This document shows, one piece after another, positions 50,001 to 62,210 of a stretch of 62,210 nucleotides of DNA. The translations under genes were made by a program, and so were the position numbers. The notes under the pieces were generated by a model, which did not search any database, was not told the origin of the DNA, and saw only the letters and a list, made by a program, of their open reading frames with translations. Within the stretch, counting starts at the first letter, position 1, and each line of letters starts with the position of its first letter. The stretch comes from Rhina ancylostomus. Lineage: Eukaryota. The stretch is taken from assembly GCA_030265395.1 (NCBI GenBank), contig JARFYF010000074.1, positions 91,746,543-91,808,752 on the forward strand, given 5' to 3'.

Positions 50001-50934
50001 TGATCAAGAAATAAAATAAAACCAATAGATAATGCTGACTGGGCGAATAGAACATCAATTCTAGTTGCAGCCTGTACCAGAGTAATTTCATGTGTTATTG
50101 GCTGCTGGTGATCACCTATTTGTTACTTATTGTATTGTAATATTAACTAATGTGATGATAACTGGAAAGAGAAGATATTGTTTGGTGCGACAGAAGGTTG
50201 GTACTGCCCCCTGAATGAAGTGAATGGATGTAGAAATGGTATTCATTTAAAAAGAACACTGATAACCTGATGGTTTGGTATCTGGCTCACTGGGACCCCT
50301 GTCCCACACTGGGCTCTGGTTCCTGTGCTTCCTTCCCATTCATGGGGCCCCAGTTTCCATGCTGCCTTTTACTTCCTGGGTTCACTGGAAAGCTTATTAT
50401 TCTATTCTGTAACATCTGTTTTTTAAAAAGGTGAATTAAAAGTGTATTGGAGTAGTTATATAATAACATAAGGTAGTCTAGAAAATTCGCTAATCTGGCA
50501 CCAATAAAGTCCTGGGCACACTATATTAACAGTTCTGTGTTTGTGTAGTTAGCATTAGTATTCTCTTAGGGATGTCCAAAGAATTCATTGCTGATTGGGA
50601 TTTGAGGAAGAGATGTTGTCAGTCTTACATCAAGTTACTTCAGAAACTAAGCACTGTAGAAATACAGTGAATCATGAGCTCATTTCAACAGGTTTGGACT
50701 GTTCCAATTTAATGGATCACCCATTTAATTCCCCTCTATGTAGGTTTACAATGATTAAAAGGCATGTATAAATAAATTGAGTTGCTTTATAACTTAGTTT
50801 TCTCACAATATAATTAGATTCTTTTTTTTAACTTGTAGAAGATGGGCAATGGAAAACTTTTTTCAGTTCTTTGGGTGCTGTTTCATTTCACGAATTTGGA
50901 AGCAATATTTTATTTCGAAACCTTTGTTCCAATG

Positions 50935-51072
50935 ACATTGACTTGCCAGTGACCTGGGTTCAATTCTGGCCACTATCTGGAAGGAGTTTGTACATTCTCC
51001 CCATGAATGCAAAAGATGCATTTCACTTTGTGTTTCAATGTGCATGTGACTAATAAAGATATCTTATCTTGT
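50935..51072 (+). mobile_element. Internally deleted SINE (head joined directly to tail)
   Basis: gccagtgacctgggttcaattctggcc...cattctccccatg runs straight into aatgcaaaagatgcatttcac...gtgactaataaagatatcttatctt; the V-domain is missing. Confidence 0.8.
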
Positions 51073-52359
51073 CGTACAAATCACTGCAATGAATTTACTT
51101 GAAATTTATCCGTAGCAATTCTTCAACTTTCATCCTTAAAGATTTGAAAAAGGAAAATAAAACATTAATGCATCTAAATCATGAGCAGATTTCTACTGGG
51201 AAGTTGGAGGCTATTTGCTTGTCAGAATTGTCTGGTTTTTGAGTGCAGGAGGTTGCTAGCTTCCACACTGTTTTGTGAACTTTCCTCAGATGTATGCTTG
51301 GAAAATAAATTATTTGTGCAGTCCTTGTTTATTTGCTGTAGAAAGATAAATACACCTATTGCCTACATATAGGGGAATGTCAGCCAAATGTAAACATAAA
51401 GATTAAACTTTAAATTTTCAATGCAACAGTATTTATAAATTATAATCACTTGAAGTAAAATCTTTTTTTATCTGAAACTACCTCTAAGCTTGGTGATCAT
51501 ACAGTGTCTTTAATTCTGACCCAATGTCTCTTAAAGCTGATGGTGATGAGAGTGAACAGTGAAGATCAGTCATCAATACTTGGTATGGCATGAGTGACCT
51601 GCACATCTTTGTAATCTGGTGCTCGGACAATGGCAGATACCAGTGTTTGCCATTGCATCTTGTATTCTTCTCTGATGAAACTAGGTGTTTGTAACAAAAC
51701 TGCGATCTAAGCATTTTCCAGAAGACCCCTCTTGTCTTCTGTACTCTTTCCTTGCCGATCATACCTTGCCAGAGGGTTACATCTCATCTCATTCTGGTAT
51801 GGAAGTCATCTGTGAGGATTCCTTTGTGGTGATTATCTTCATTATAAAATTGTTATNNNNNNNNNNAGCGCCACCTCCTGGCATTTTTAGGAATAGCTGT
51901 CATTTTAGTTTCTCGTTCACTGCTCTTGGCAGGAAAACTTCAGTTGAAGGGTACGCGAGTCAAAGGTAGTGCTCCAATTCTGTGCTATTCCTTGTTAGAA
52001 GGATGAGAATGTGCAATAAGTTCTTTTTTGAATAAAAAAAGTGGAATCCAATGATGGGGACTAACATCAGTAATACTACAGTTTCCAAATATAGAAACAC
52101 CTTATTTGATTGCAATTTTAAACTGACGACACAATCAGATTAGTTGAAATAAAAATAACGCTTTTTGAAATTGCTGGGATTTGATTAAAAAATACAGTTT
52201 GTATCCCAGAAGTGAGCTGTCTGAATGAAAGTTGGAAGCTAAAAAAGCATTTAAAAAATAAAAGACTTCTAAAGGTTAAAGAGAGGTGGAAAGTACATAT
52301 GCCTTATTACCATTATGATCAGGTAATGAGAAGCTATCAACAGGAAAAAAGGAAATATA

Positions 52360-52452
52360 AATAGAAAATGGTAGAAATACTCAGCAGGTCAGGTATGATC
52401 TGTGGAGAGAGAATTAGATAACATTTTTGGGTCAATGATCTTTCATTAGCCT
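52360..52452 (-). mobile_element. Old Penelope-terminus copy
   Basis: aatactcagcaggtcagg..atctgtggagagaga..gggtcaatgatctttcattag, matching the copy at 46893. Confidence 0.6.
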
Positions 52453-53254
52453 GAGCTATATTCCTGAAAGGCCTCTTAGACCTGCGGGGCTAGGATGTTG
52501 GAGTGGACATGTGGTCAAAGGTGAACATTTAAGCATGTTTCTATTGGGGAAAATAATGGAGTTTCACTGCAGTGCAGAGGAAGCCTTGCCATTTTTGTTA
52601 CCTTACTGCTGTGAGCACCTGCTGCTTGAATTCGTCCATGCAAAACCGAGTGGCCAGAGTGGGACCTTTCAATTACAAGGCTGGGTAAAGGAATGGTGTT
52701 TGGGTTTTCTTTTGTATGTCTTTTTTTTGGAGGGGGGGAAGGAAAAGTTTTGTTTTTGCCTTTTCTTGACTAAAAAAGATTTTAGTACAGATATTGCTCC
52801 ATCCAATGTTTTCCACTATTACAAAGGACATTTGTGAGTTTGTTTCACTTTGAACCATGCTAGCACTCTACACTGTACTTCTGCATTTATCGTTCCTTCC
52901 TCTAATGCCTGACTTTTTTAACTTCAGACCACGAATGAAGTACTTTTTTAGAAACAGTTTTATTTGTTGCAAAAAATGATTTTTACTATCAGCATATTAT
53001 TAAAAATAATTTCCCCAAAGGTATGGATATTGAAAATCCTTTATTATAGTTCCTTCTCTACTTTCTACCTGTTCAGATCTGCAGCTGTGATGACCTGGGC
53101 ACACAAAATACAGAACACTATATATTTCACATAAAGAGGGATTAATGGGGTGTTAACTATTATTCTCCTTGAAGCAGATTATTCTACTAGGTATAATCTT
53201 TATTCTGAAAAGAATCCTTCTCTGTCAAACAGGACACTGAAAAAGGGAACTAGT

Positions 53255-53365
53255 AATAGCTGGAGATCTGTAGCAAAAACACAAAATGCATATTAGGCAA
53301 GCCAACAGCAGAGGAAAACAGCCTGTCAGATTTCAGTTGCATCTACTTCATCAGATACTGATGAA
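53255..53365 (-). mobile_element. Old Penelope-terminus copy with intact hammerhead core boxes
   Basis: Minus strand 53354-53331 reads CTGATGA-agt agatgca act-GAAA; inverted ttcatcag-ata-ctgatgaa at 53347-53365. Confidence 0.55.
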
Positions 53366-53397
53366 AAATATCCATTGAATCTACATTTTTCCTTCAT

Positions 53398-53550
53398 GGC
53401 AAGAAACAATCTGCTGGATGATCCTGATGCAGGTTTTCGACCTGAAACATCAACATTTCCTTTCCTCCCACAGATACCACTCGACTCATTGAGTTCCTCC
53501 AGCAGATTTTGCTGCTCCAGATTTCAGCATCTGCAGTCTCTTGTGTCATC
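53398..53550 (+). mobile_element. Penelope-terminus short insertion with inverted 5' piece and 12-bp flanking direct repeat
   Basis: CTGATGC-aggt tttcg acct-GAAA-CATC; tttttccttcat at 53386-53397 and 53551-53562; leading gcaagaaacaatctgctgga is an imperfect reverse complement of the body. Confidence 0.85.
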
Positions 53551-55444
53551 TTTTTCCTTCATAAGTCTGACTATCCTGTCTGACTATCTCAAGCTTTTTT
53601 TCTGACCAATGTATTAATGATTTTTCCATCTCCAAGTGACCTGTGGCTGTTTTCCCTTTGCCTTTATCCTTTCTTCAGCCATCTGTCTAACCTGTTTTTA
53701 GAATGTGATGGTCTCTGATTCAGTCAGTAATCTGGTGGTGCATTCAACTGCCTCTCAAAGTTTTAAAAACAAAACCTTCTCCTGCTCTGTTTTAAATTGC
53801 TTGCATTTAATCTTTTATTGATGTTCTCCCTGCTAGCCTTTTCAGCCAATGAAAACTGTTATTGCTATTGATGCAGCCCCATTCCATTCTAATGTTAACC
53901 TCACTTTCAGATCAACTAGATAGCTCCTCAACCAAAACCAGCCCCAGTTTTTCAAATGCTTGCTATCTTTATTTCCAGATCTAAATCTCATCTGCATTGG
54001 TGAAGGGGGAGTGAGATTGGGTTCAGGAAGTTGTTACACAAAATCTGTTCCCCTAGCCCCTATATTTCATCACAAAAAAGCACGAGTGAAGAAAACAACA
54101 TTTTGATTTTCCATTCTGCCCAATTGCTTTCTAGTCTCTGGATGCCCTCTGACTGAAGGCAGGAAATCTGAAATTTTTAAAAAATTAACTTGTAACACCA
54201 GAATGTCCTTTCCCTGCAAAATCTTAAAAGTGATGCAATTGCCTTTTTCATCTAGAGTTAATGTGTGCAAACAAATTCAGAAATGCAGATGAAAACAGAT
54301 GGCAAAAAGTTGAAGGTTAGAACATAACAAATAAAGTAAGGGTAAAGCATGGTACCTGAGCCTGATTCACCAATCTGTGAGATAGTGGCTGACCAAACTA
54401 CCTACAGTCACACTTCCTGTTCAATCCAAAGTGAGTTTGTTCCTTGTAAATAAATTGCTTGTTAATTTTGGTTGATCTTTATATTTAAGATTTATCTAAA
54501 AAGATGAACTCTGCCATTTTTTATTCAAGAGTGGCAAGATTTTGTAAAAATATGTCCAGTTTGTAATTTTCAAATGATTGTTAACAAATCCCTCCATGGA
54601 TGGGTGGGGTTATTTAAGAAAATATAAATAAAATTAAATAGTAAATTTAAATGAAGCTTAATGATAATTCACACAAGTTTTAATTTNNNNNNNNNNAGCC
54701 ACAATACAACTCTATACATGTTTGTTTTGTTGTTATCCATTCTAATTGTACACCCATTACATGATTAAATCTGCTGCAGATGCATTCTTGGTTTATATTT
54801 ATGTATACTACGTATTAACCAATCATAACAAACTTTCACATGCAATACAACTAACCAAGTTCAGAATATTTCTTCTTCTTAACATATAAAATAAATTTCT
54901 ACAGTAAGGCACGTTACGTTTCATTTTATGGTTCCCTAGGAAAGAACAATTGAAGTCTTCCTGATTTGTTAATGAGAGGATTGTCTGGCAGTTTTGTTCT
55001 TGAAGCAATAGACATTGAGATATTTTGCTCAACAGTTATCAAATTGTTCAAATAAGACTTTATCTATCACCATGTTGTAAATGCAGCGAGATTGTCTCTC
55101 TCTTTCAAAAAAAAGAAAATTAGAGTTAGATTGAGTAACAACTTGGATAACATTATATGCTAGAAATATTTATGGACTTGCAGATTAAACCACAAAATAG
55201 CACACTAATTCTAAAATACATAGTCTAGTGATTTCTTAAATGCTCATTATGTTTTTTTTCCAGCTTGCCATCTGCTTTGTCATTTAACCCCAAAGTGATG
55301 TGACTCACCAACTTCCCTGACTGGAAATTATTTACTTATGTATAAACATGTAGTTCCCCACACCTATAATATGTAGAATTGGTCCATTTATGATACTTTT
55401 TCTTGCTGCTATTACTGATTATCTAATCAGAATGCTTCTGCCAG

Positions 55445-55990
55445 TAACATCATCTTGCAATTGTACTTTTAGTTTCAAGAGGTGTGATCAAACAATATTT
55501 GACAAAGAGCCACCTAAGACATTAGAGCCAAAGAACAAAGACTTAGTGAAAGAGATGGGTTTAAAGGACCATGTTAAAGGTGAAGGGGTATAGAGGTTTA
55601 GAATGGGAAATCCCAAGATTGCAGCAGAGGAGGCTGAAGGCATGCCCACAGATGACGGAGTGATTAAAACTGGAATGTACAAGAGGCTGGAATTGGAAGA
55701 GTGCTGATATTCTGGAATTTCTAGGGACTGGGAAGCAAGAGATTATGTAGAGTCATTGTGGACAGGAAGCCAGTGTAGGTTATCAAGCACGGGGTCAGGG
55801 TGTGAATACAACTCGCTACAAACTAATGTGCAGGCAGGAAGGCTTTGGATGGAGCTAAGTTTATGGAGAGTGAAAGATGGACGCCAGCTTGCAGGCCATT
55901 TGGATAATACGGAAGAGTGCTTTCAAGTGGCAGGTGATCCGAGATAGGGACAGTAAATAGTGGAAATATATGCTTTTGGTAATGAAATGT
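55445..55990 (-). mobile_element. L2-type LINE 3' region
   Basis: Reverse of the family at 11525 (tttgacaaagagccacctaag, ggctgaaggcatg, caagaggctggaattggaagag, agccagtgtaggttatcaagcac). Confidence 0.7.
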
Positions 55991-57360
55991 AGTCAGGAAC
56001 TCATGTTATGGGTTGAAAATGAGTGATTCCATTCACCACCAAATGGGTATTACACAAAGCTAGTTTTTGCACAATTATGGCTTTGCAAGTTGAAATAATC
56101 AGCAATCTCTCAATGCATAGTTCCATAAAATCATCCCTTGGGAACAATTGTGCCAGCCAGAAAGAACAGCATTGGCTTTGTAGGAAATTCACTGTACCAG
56201 AAAGATTAAGTTCTTGATTTGTGCAGATTTTTCTCAATTGGACTGGTGCCCTTGGACGAGGGAGAAGAAAAGTTGACCAAGTTCCCATGACCCCCACCCC
56301 GCAGGGAAAATACATGGATGTAGATGGCAGAGGATTGAACTTTGAAAATGAAATCCACTTTGATCAAAGAGACCACTGATTTTCACATCAGAAGTATGCC
56401 AGTTGGTTGAGAGCTACCAGTACACGTAGAATTGTACTGAGGGATAAATCGACACATTTGGGGGAAATAAAAGAAAACAAGCTTTAGAGAAACAGTGTTT
56501 AATACCTTGAACATGAGAAATTATTTACCTGTCATTCAAAGGAAGCTCTGTAAAGCGCAACTTCTCAATATGAATTGCATGTTTTTTTCTACGCCAGGTA
56601 GACAACAGCTTAATAGTGATAGCTGTCATGTTCCCGAGGCTTGGATCATATGACATCACTTTTTTCATTATTCTTGTATTTGAATGCTTGTTAGGTCTAC
56701 GAGGAAAGAATATATTAAATGATTTAATAACATGCTGAATTGCCTTGAGCGTGCCCCACTCCATCCACGTGATATCTCTGTTGTTGCACTGCCTTTTGCG
56801 GATGAGTGGTTCCCAACAACCCTGGACCTTGCTGCCACGATAATCCCACAAAATGGAGATCTGTCAGTGGCAACTAGACCTCAGGCGGTGGATCCTGAGG
56901 CCCTGGCCCCAGATGACCTGTCAACAAGTTGCACTGTCAAAGGTTTCTTGAGGTCAGATATTATATCTGACTGTAAGAAATCTTTGGGTAAATTGGGAGG
57001 AGGGGGGGTGGGGTGGGGAAGGTGGCTGTTGTGGCCAGATATGGAATATCTGGCCTGTCAGCTCTGGTTGTTCAGAAACCTCTCATGGACTCGGGTGTGT
57101 CAGCATCTGATCTTGAGCACTTCTGTGCAGAATCTATGATGATCAATGAGAAGCATCTTACTGGTGGCTCTCTTCTGAGTCACTGGGAAAAGGTAAGTTC
57201 ATTTTGGGCTAATGTAATGAATTTTTCAACTCTCTTTTTCCAGTCTTCCTTTATGGTTACTCATGTTGGTTATGAGAAGGTAAGAGGAAATGCATAATAT
57301 TTCTTTGGACTTTTTTAATTTGCTTGGCCTTTGTATGTATTGACGGGAAGGGAGCAGTAC

Positions 57361-57610
57361 TATGTTGAATTGGTCCACTTACAATATATTTTCTTGCTGC
57401 TATTACTGATGATCTAATCACCATGCTTCTAGCAGTAACATCATTTTGCATTTGTACTTTTGGTTCCAGGAGGTGTCATCAAACAATATTTGACAATGAG
57501 CCACATAAGATATTAGAGCCAATGAACAAAGACTTGGTTAAAGAGATGGTATTAAAGGACCATGTTAAAGGAGGAGGGTACTGACGTTTAAAATTGGAAT
57601 TCCAGAGATT
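57361..57610 (+). repeat. Diverged direct duplicate of 55371-55620
   Basis: gaattggtcca...ttcttgctgctattactgat.atctaatca..atgcttct..cagtaacatcat...atcaaacaatatttgacaa...taaaggaccatgttaaagg is shared at both sites. Confidence 0.9.
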
Positions 57611-57616
57611 GGTATT

Positions 57617-58040
57617 GGATTATTATTGTCACGTGTAATGAGATACAGTGAAAAGCTTTTGTTTTGCTTGCCATCCAGACAGATCATACCATACATGGTT
57701 ACAGTGAGGTAGTAAGAAAACAAATGCAGAATATAGTGTCGCAGTTACAGATAAAGTGCAGTGCAGGTAGACAAATAAATTGCAAGGGCCATGATGAGGT
57801 AGTAGAGATCTAGAGTTCACCTTTTAGCATATGAGACGTGCATTCAAGACTCTGATAGCAGTGGGATAGAAGTTGTCCTTGAGTCTGGTGGTCTGTGCTC
57901 TCAGGCTTTTGTATCTTCTGCCCAGCGAGGGAGGGGAGAAGAGAGAAATGACAAGGGTGGTAGGGGGTCCTTGATTACGTTAGCTGCTTTACCAAGGCAG
58001 CAGGATGTGCAGATAGGGTCGATGGAGGGGAGGTTGGTTC
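57617..58040 (-). mobile_element. Rex1/Babar LINE 3' end
   Basis: Minus strand gives PSIDPICTSCCLGKAANVIKDP and then an RRYKSLRAQTTRLKDNFYPTAIRVLN-type C-terminus and 3' UTR. Confidence 0.85.
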
Positions 58041-58899
58041 CATACTTGCTCATTCCTTATCATATATTTTGGCCACCGTGTTATGCTTCATTTCCAACTT
58101 GACAACTATAAAAAGACCACAATAACCAGCCCATCATATGAGCTTGCAGTGAATTTAATTAAGTGGTTCATATATTGTTCATACTTTTATCATAAACAGT
58201 CACTCTTGAGTTGATATATTGTGTCAAGTAATTTGAATATCCAATCATCGTATGTGAACATTTCTTTTACAAGCAGGGTTTACAGATAAACCAAGTTTCT
58301 GTCACTTTCCAGCAGCCATGAAAAAAGTTGAATGAATTACTTACATTAATAATTGCAGTTTTGACGTTTGGTTGTAGTTATTACTCAGAAATGTTATTTC
58401 AACATGCTGATTGTGAGTTCCAACCTTTCCCAAATACAGTTCCACTAGAAAATGTTTCACTGGTTGGAGAAAATGCCAGAAAAAATATTTAGGCAAAGAT
58501 GATTTGCATTATTTTTTTGTTTCACTGCCATTTTTGCCCACCTCTTTCGCTTAAGCAGTTCCTCAGAATTGTAGAAGTGCACTAAAAAGCAGCTTTTATT
58601 TTCCACATTTGAATCTTGTTTCTACTTTTTCTTTATATTAATATTAGTGCTCTGATGATTGCCACGGGATCTTTTACTATGTTGTTTCAACCAGTTTTGC
58701 AGGATGTTCACTTTTGCACCATTGTGGATCTCCCCACAGGGACCACACCTTTTTAGGTTATTTAAGTTTGACAGTATGAGGAATCAAGAGGCTGAACTGG
58801 AGGGACTGTAGGTGTGGGGGCATCACAACGGAACTCTCTACTAAACGTGGACATCAACGCGGTTGGGACATAAGAAGATCTTAAATGTCTCTGCTGTAC

Positions 58900-59460
58900 A
58901 ACACAACAAGCACTTGCAAACAGCAGTGTGTAAATGACTAGAAAATCTGGGTTTTTTTTGTGATGTGACTGAAGGATAAATGTTGGCACATTCTGCTGCT
59001 CTTCAAATTTGTGCCATTTGGATCTTTTACGTATAGCTGAGGTGNNNNNNNNNNNNNNNNNNNNNNNNNNNNNNNNNNNNNNNNNNNNNNNNNNNNNNNN
59101 NNNNNNNNNNNNNNNNNNNNNNNNNNNNNNNNNNNNNNNNNNNNACGTCTAGCTGAGGGGGTTGCTGGGCTTTTTTTGTTTTGACTCAGCTGAAAGAAGA
59201 CATCACAGACAATCCTATGCTCTGATATAATTTCATGGATACAGTAAACATAATGAGGACCACACAGAGCCAGAAGTCGGAGTAACTTAAATAGCACAAT
59301 TTTTGGTCAAAATATGCCAAATGGTCTCCTCCTGTGCCATAAATTTCCAGTGCTGTACTGCACTGGAATGTCAACCTAGAGTCTCATGCTTGTCTTTATA
59401 GCTAGATTTGAACCCACGGCCTCTGATACAGAGACAAGAATGATATCAAATGAGCCATAC
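58900..59460 (-). mobile_element. Deu-domain (SacSINE/AmnSINE-like) ancient SINE
   Basis: tactgcactggaatgtcaacctaga, atttgaacccacggcctctga..cagag..aatgagcca (reverse head) and ctgctcttcaaatttgtgccatttggatcttttacgt (Deu-like core). Confidence 0.6.
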
Positions 59461-61339
59461 AACCCTCTACTTTTAACAACTTACAGCATCTTCACATCTA
59501 GCTGTTTTTTCCTGTCAATCCCCTTAAGACTGTTCAAGTTTCACTGTCATCATCCAACTCCCAAAAGCTGCAAACATACACTGAAATTAGTTTGACCACA
59601 GAGTCCCAAATTATGTTTACTCAAAGATGGCAGAAAATCCACTTGTCCTATTATGAATGCTTCTTAATGTTCTTTGTTCAAGCTAGCTATTTTCTCTTGC
59701 TACTGAGACAGATGGGTGGCTAGGAAAATTCCCTGGAGGCTAGATTGGCCAAAGGAACAGCAGCATCTGGAAGGAAGGGATCTGCAGCAGGAATAATACC
59801 CAGATTTCTCAGGCCCCGGTTTGTGTATTTTTATGAATGTTCAGGATTTTGTGAATTTGCATGTGATCTTTACGCAAGGTCCACGTCCACCTTCTCTGCA
59901 TTGTTACGATTTTAGTGTATGTGCAAGCCCCTTTGTCCTACACCACTGATCGTTAAATCATAACAAAAAATGTTCATGGTAATTGTGCAATATGAAAGGA
60001 AGACTCCCAAGGTTTGAGCTTTCCGAAGGTTTCACTTGCTTAGGGATACACAGGATGATTTAATGCGCTTCCCCAGCAATGAATGTTTATAAGATGCTGC
60101 TGGAAAAGGATGAGGATGTATCACCCATCTTTTTGGCTTGGAAGTACAGGTGCTCCCCAGGTTACAAACACTCATCTTTCGTACAGCTCATACATTGGAG
60201 CGATCTTTTGGAACACTTGTGGGATGGATTTGCTAGCTGCTGTAGGGCTGCAGGCATCTTCTGTTGCGTGGGGACTCACTTCACAGTAATATCGTTGCAT
60301 TTTGCAGGGAAACTGAATGGTTGAGTTAAGTGTCCTGGTGTATTTACTTGTTGCCCTTGGTTAGCCCATGTTTTTATTTAAATATATTGCCAAGCTGCTG
60401 CATTTCTGACTTGCAAACTATTCAGGTTCTGAACAGTTCTCAGGAGTGCAACCTTGTNNNNNNNNNNNNNNNNNNNNNNNNNNNNNNNNNNNNNNNNNNN
60501 NNNNNNNNNNNNNNNNNNNNNNNNNNNNNNNNNNNNNNNNNNNNNNNNNNNNNNNNNNNCCAGTAGACACATGTCCTGTGTCTACTGGACATGTCTGAGG
60601 GTTGATAATTCTACAGCAGCCTTGAGAAAATTGACTCCTTGATCCTTTGCTAGTTGGACGGATTCAATGAAGTGACTGCTGGCTCTCAAACACATTAAGC
60701 TGGAAGCACAGTTTTCATCTGCTGGCTTCTAATGGGCTCTTTATCACATTGAAAATAACAGTATTAGTAAGCAGAGAGAATTTACAGAGGATAAGAGAGT
60801 GAAAAGGAGCGACGCCAGAAACTCCCCTGGCTCTTTGTTGGCAGAATTTCACTCCAGTCTTCTGAATCAATTGCTTGAAGGTTTGGATCAGGCCCTGGTT
60901 TGGATTTGTGAGGTAACCTGTTAAAATGATGTTGCCTCTTAACTTTATTTGCATACTCAATTTTGTATGTATTCCGGGGGCCCATTCACCTCTGGTGGGC
61001 ATCTTCACTGGCACCAAATAACTCCATAGTTAAAATGGGGTTAAAACTCCATGGTTAAAATGACAGCTGGTAGGAATGCAATAGAAAGGGAATGTAAAGT
61101 GTGCTGGGCAGTCTTAACTACCCATCTGTCTTGGATCTGTGGTCTCTACAGATAAGTGAAATCAATCAAGTTTATAAATAGAATGCTGAAGGTACAAGTT
61201 ATGTCCTGGCTCAGGAGTAACATTACAGAGGGAAATTAGAACAACGTTGTTCAAGTGGCTCACTAATGCGTCCTCACTGTTTTGTCTTATTATATGGACC
61301 AGTTATTCCAATTGTAAAACTGCAAATGATTACAATCAT

Positions 61340-61384
61340 TTTTGTTGCTGCTGACCTGCTGAGTTCCTCCAGCACTTCTTGTGT
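61340..61384 (+). mobile_element. 45-bp Penelope-terminus fragment with 11-bp flanking direct repeat
   Basis: tgctgctgacctgctgagttcctccagcacttcttgtgt lies between attacaatcat at 61329-61339 and 61385-61395. Confidence 0.8.
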
Positions 61385-61867
61385 ATTACAATCATGACTG
61401 ATGTTTTGTTTGTTCATATGCTGTTAAGCAAAAAAGTTAATTCATTCGTATCTGCTGCTTCTTAACAAGTATTTCTTTCATCCACCTCTAAAACAATGCA
61501 AAATTTCACATTTCCAGATCAAATCTCTAGCACTGTTACATGCCACATTGTGCTGTTGTGCTATTCTACAGTTAGATATTAGGAATTACAAGCACATTTG
61601 TAAATGCAAAAATGTAGAATGAATGAAATGGCAAGGTGTGCTTGTAAAATCCTTTGTAACTTAACTGTTTTAAAAATAAATAGTTTGGCATAATGTCTGT
61701 TATTTATTAAATTGGGAATCATATTAACCTTCAACAAATTCCTGGAGATTTTGATTCCTTAAGTGTCTGAAAACAGTTGGAGATTTTAACCAAGGGTCTA
61801 ATAAGTACAGGACGACTCGCCCATTCTTATGTAGTATGAATCAATGAGTCACTGCAGTCTGAGTTAT

Positions 61868-62210
61868 AAGAATCAGAATCAGATTTATTATCACTGACGT
61901 GTCATGAAATTCATTGTTTTGCGGCAGCAGTACAGTGCAAAACATAAAAATTACTATAAGTTACAGTAATAAATAGTGCAAAAAAGGAATAATGAAGTAG
62001 TGTTCATGGATCATTCAGAAATCTGATTGTGGAGGGGAAGAAGCTGTTCCTAAAACATTGAGTTTGGGTCTTCAGGCTCCTGTACCTCTTCCCCGATGGT
62101 AGTAATGTAAAGAGGGCAAGGAATTTGAAGTTGCCCACCGCTGACCCCTCAATGAGGACTGGTGTGTGTTCTCCCAACTTCCCTTCCTGAAGTCCACAAA
62201 CAATTCCTTG
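61868..62210 (-). mobile_element. Rex1/Babar LINE with internal deletion, running off the window end
   Basis: (gattct)n tail; ALFTLLPSGKRYRSLKTQT; joined at about 62118 to a KELFVDFRKG..FKFL-type RT segment. Confidence 0.85.

Overview
This is vertebrate genomic DNA from a gapped scaffold, not a prokaryotic window. The repeat families (CR1, L2, RTE and Rex1/Babar LINE relics, V-SINE/HE1-type and Deu-type SINEs, Penelope, Harbinger) point to a cartilaginous fish, probably a ray or other batoid; this is inference. Most of the window is intronic or intergenic and rich in decayed transposons, and nearly all of the supplied ORFs are spurious or TE-derived. The one gene-like landmark is a CpG island at about 31.8-33.2 kb. 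It holds a candidate minus-strand gene start (ATG|gtaaga, 94-nt intron, 57-nt exon giving MVFKSIPFFVLLAVVLINAE) and a divergent plus-strand splice donor. I cannot name the host gene. The most interesting signal is a set of very short (45-160 bp) Penelope-terminus insertions with 9-17 bp flanking direct repeats and minimal hammerhead-ribozyme motifs, some in head-to-head arrangement, next to a decayed Penelope GIY-YIG element. Also present are two Harbinger transposase relics, SINEs with one head but two different LINE-derived tails, nested insertions including a solo LTR, a local 250-bp duplication and several gap-flank assembly duplicates. TE boundaries are approximate, and family calls come from motif recognition rather than database searches.
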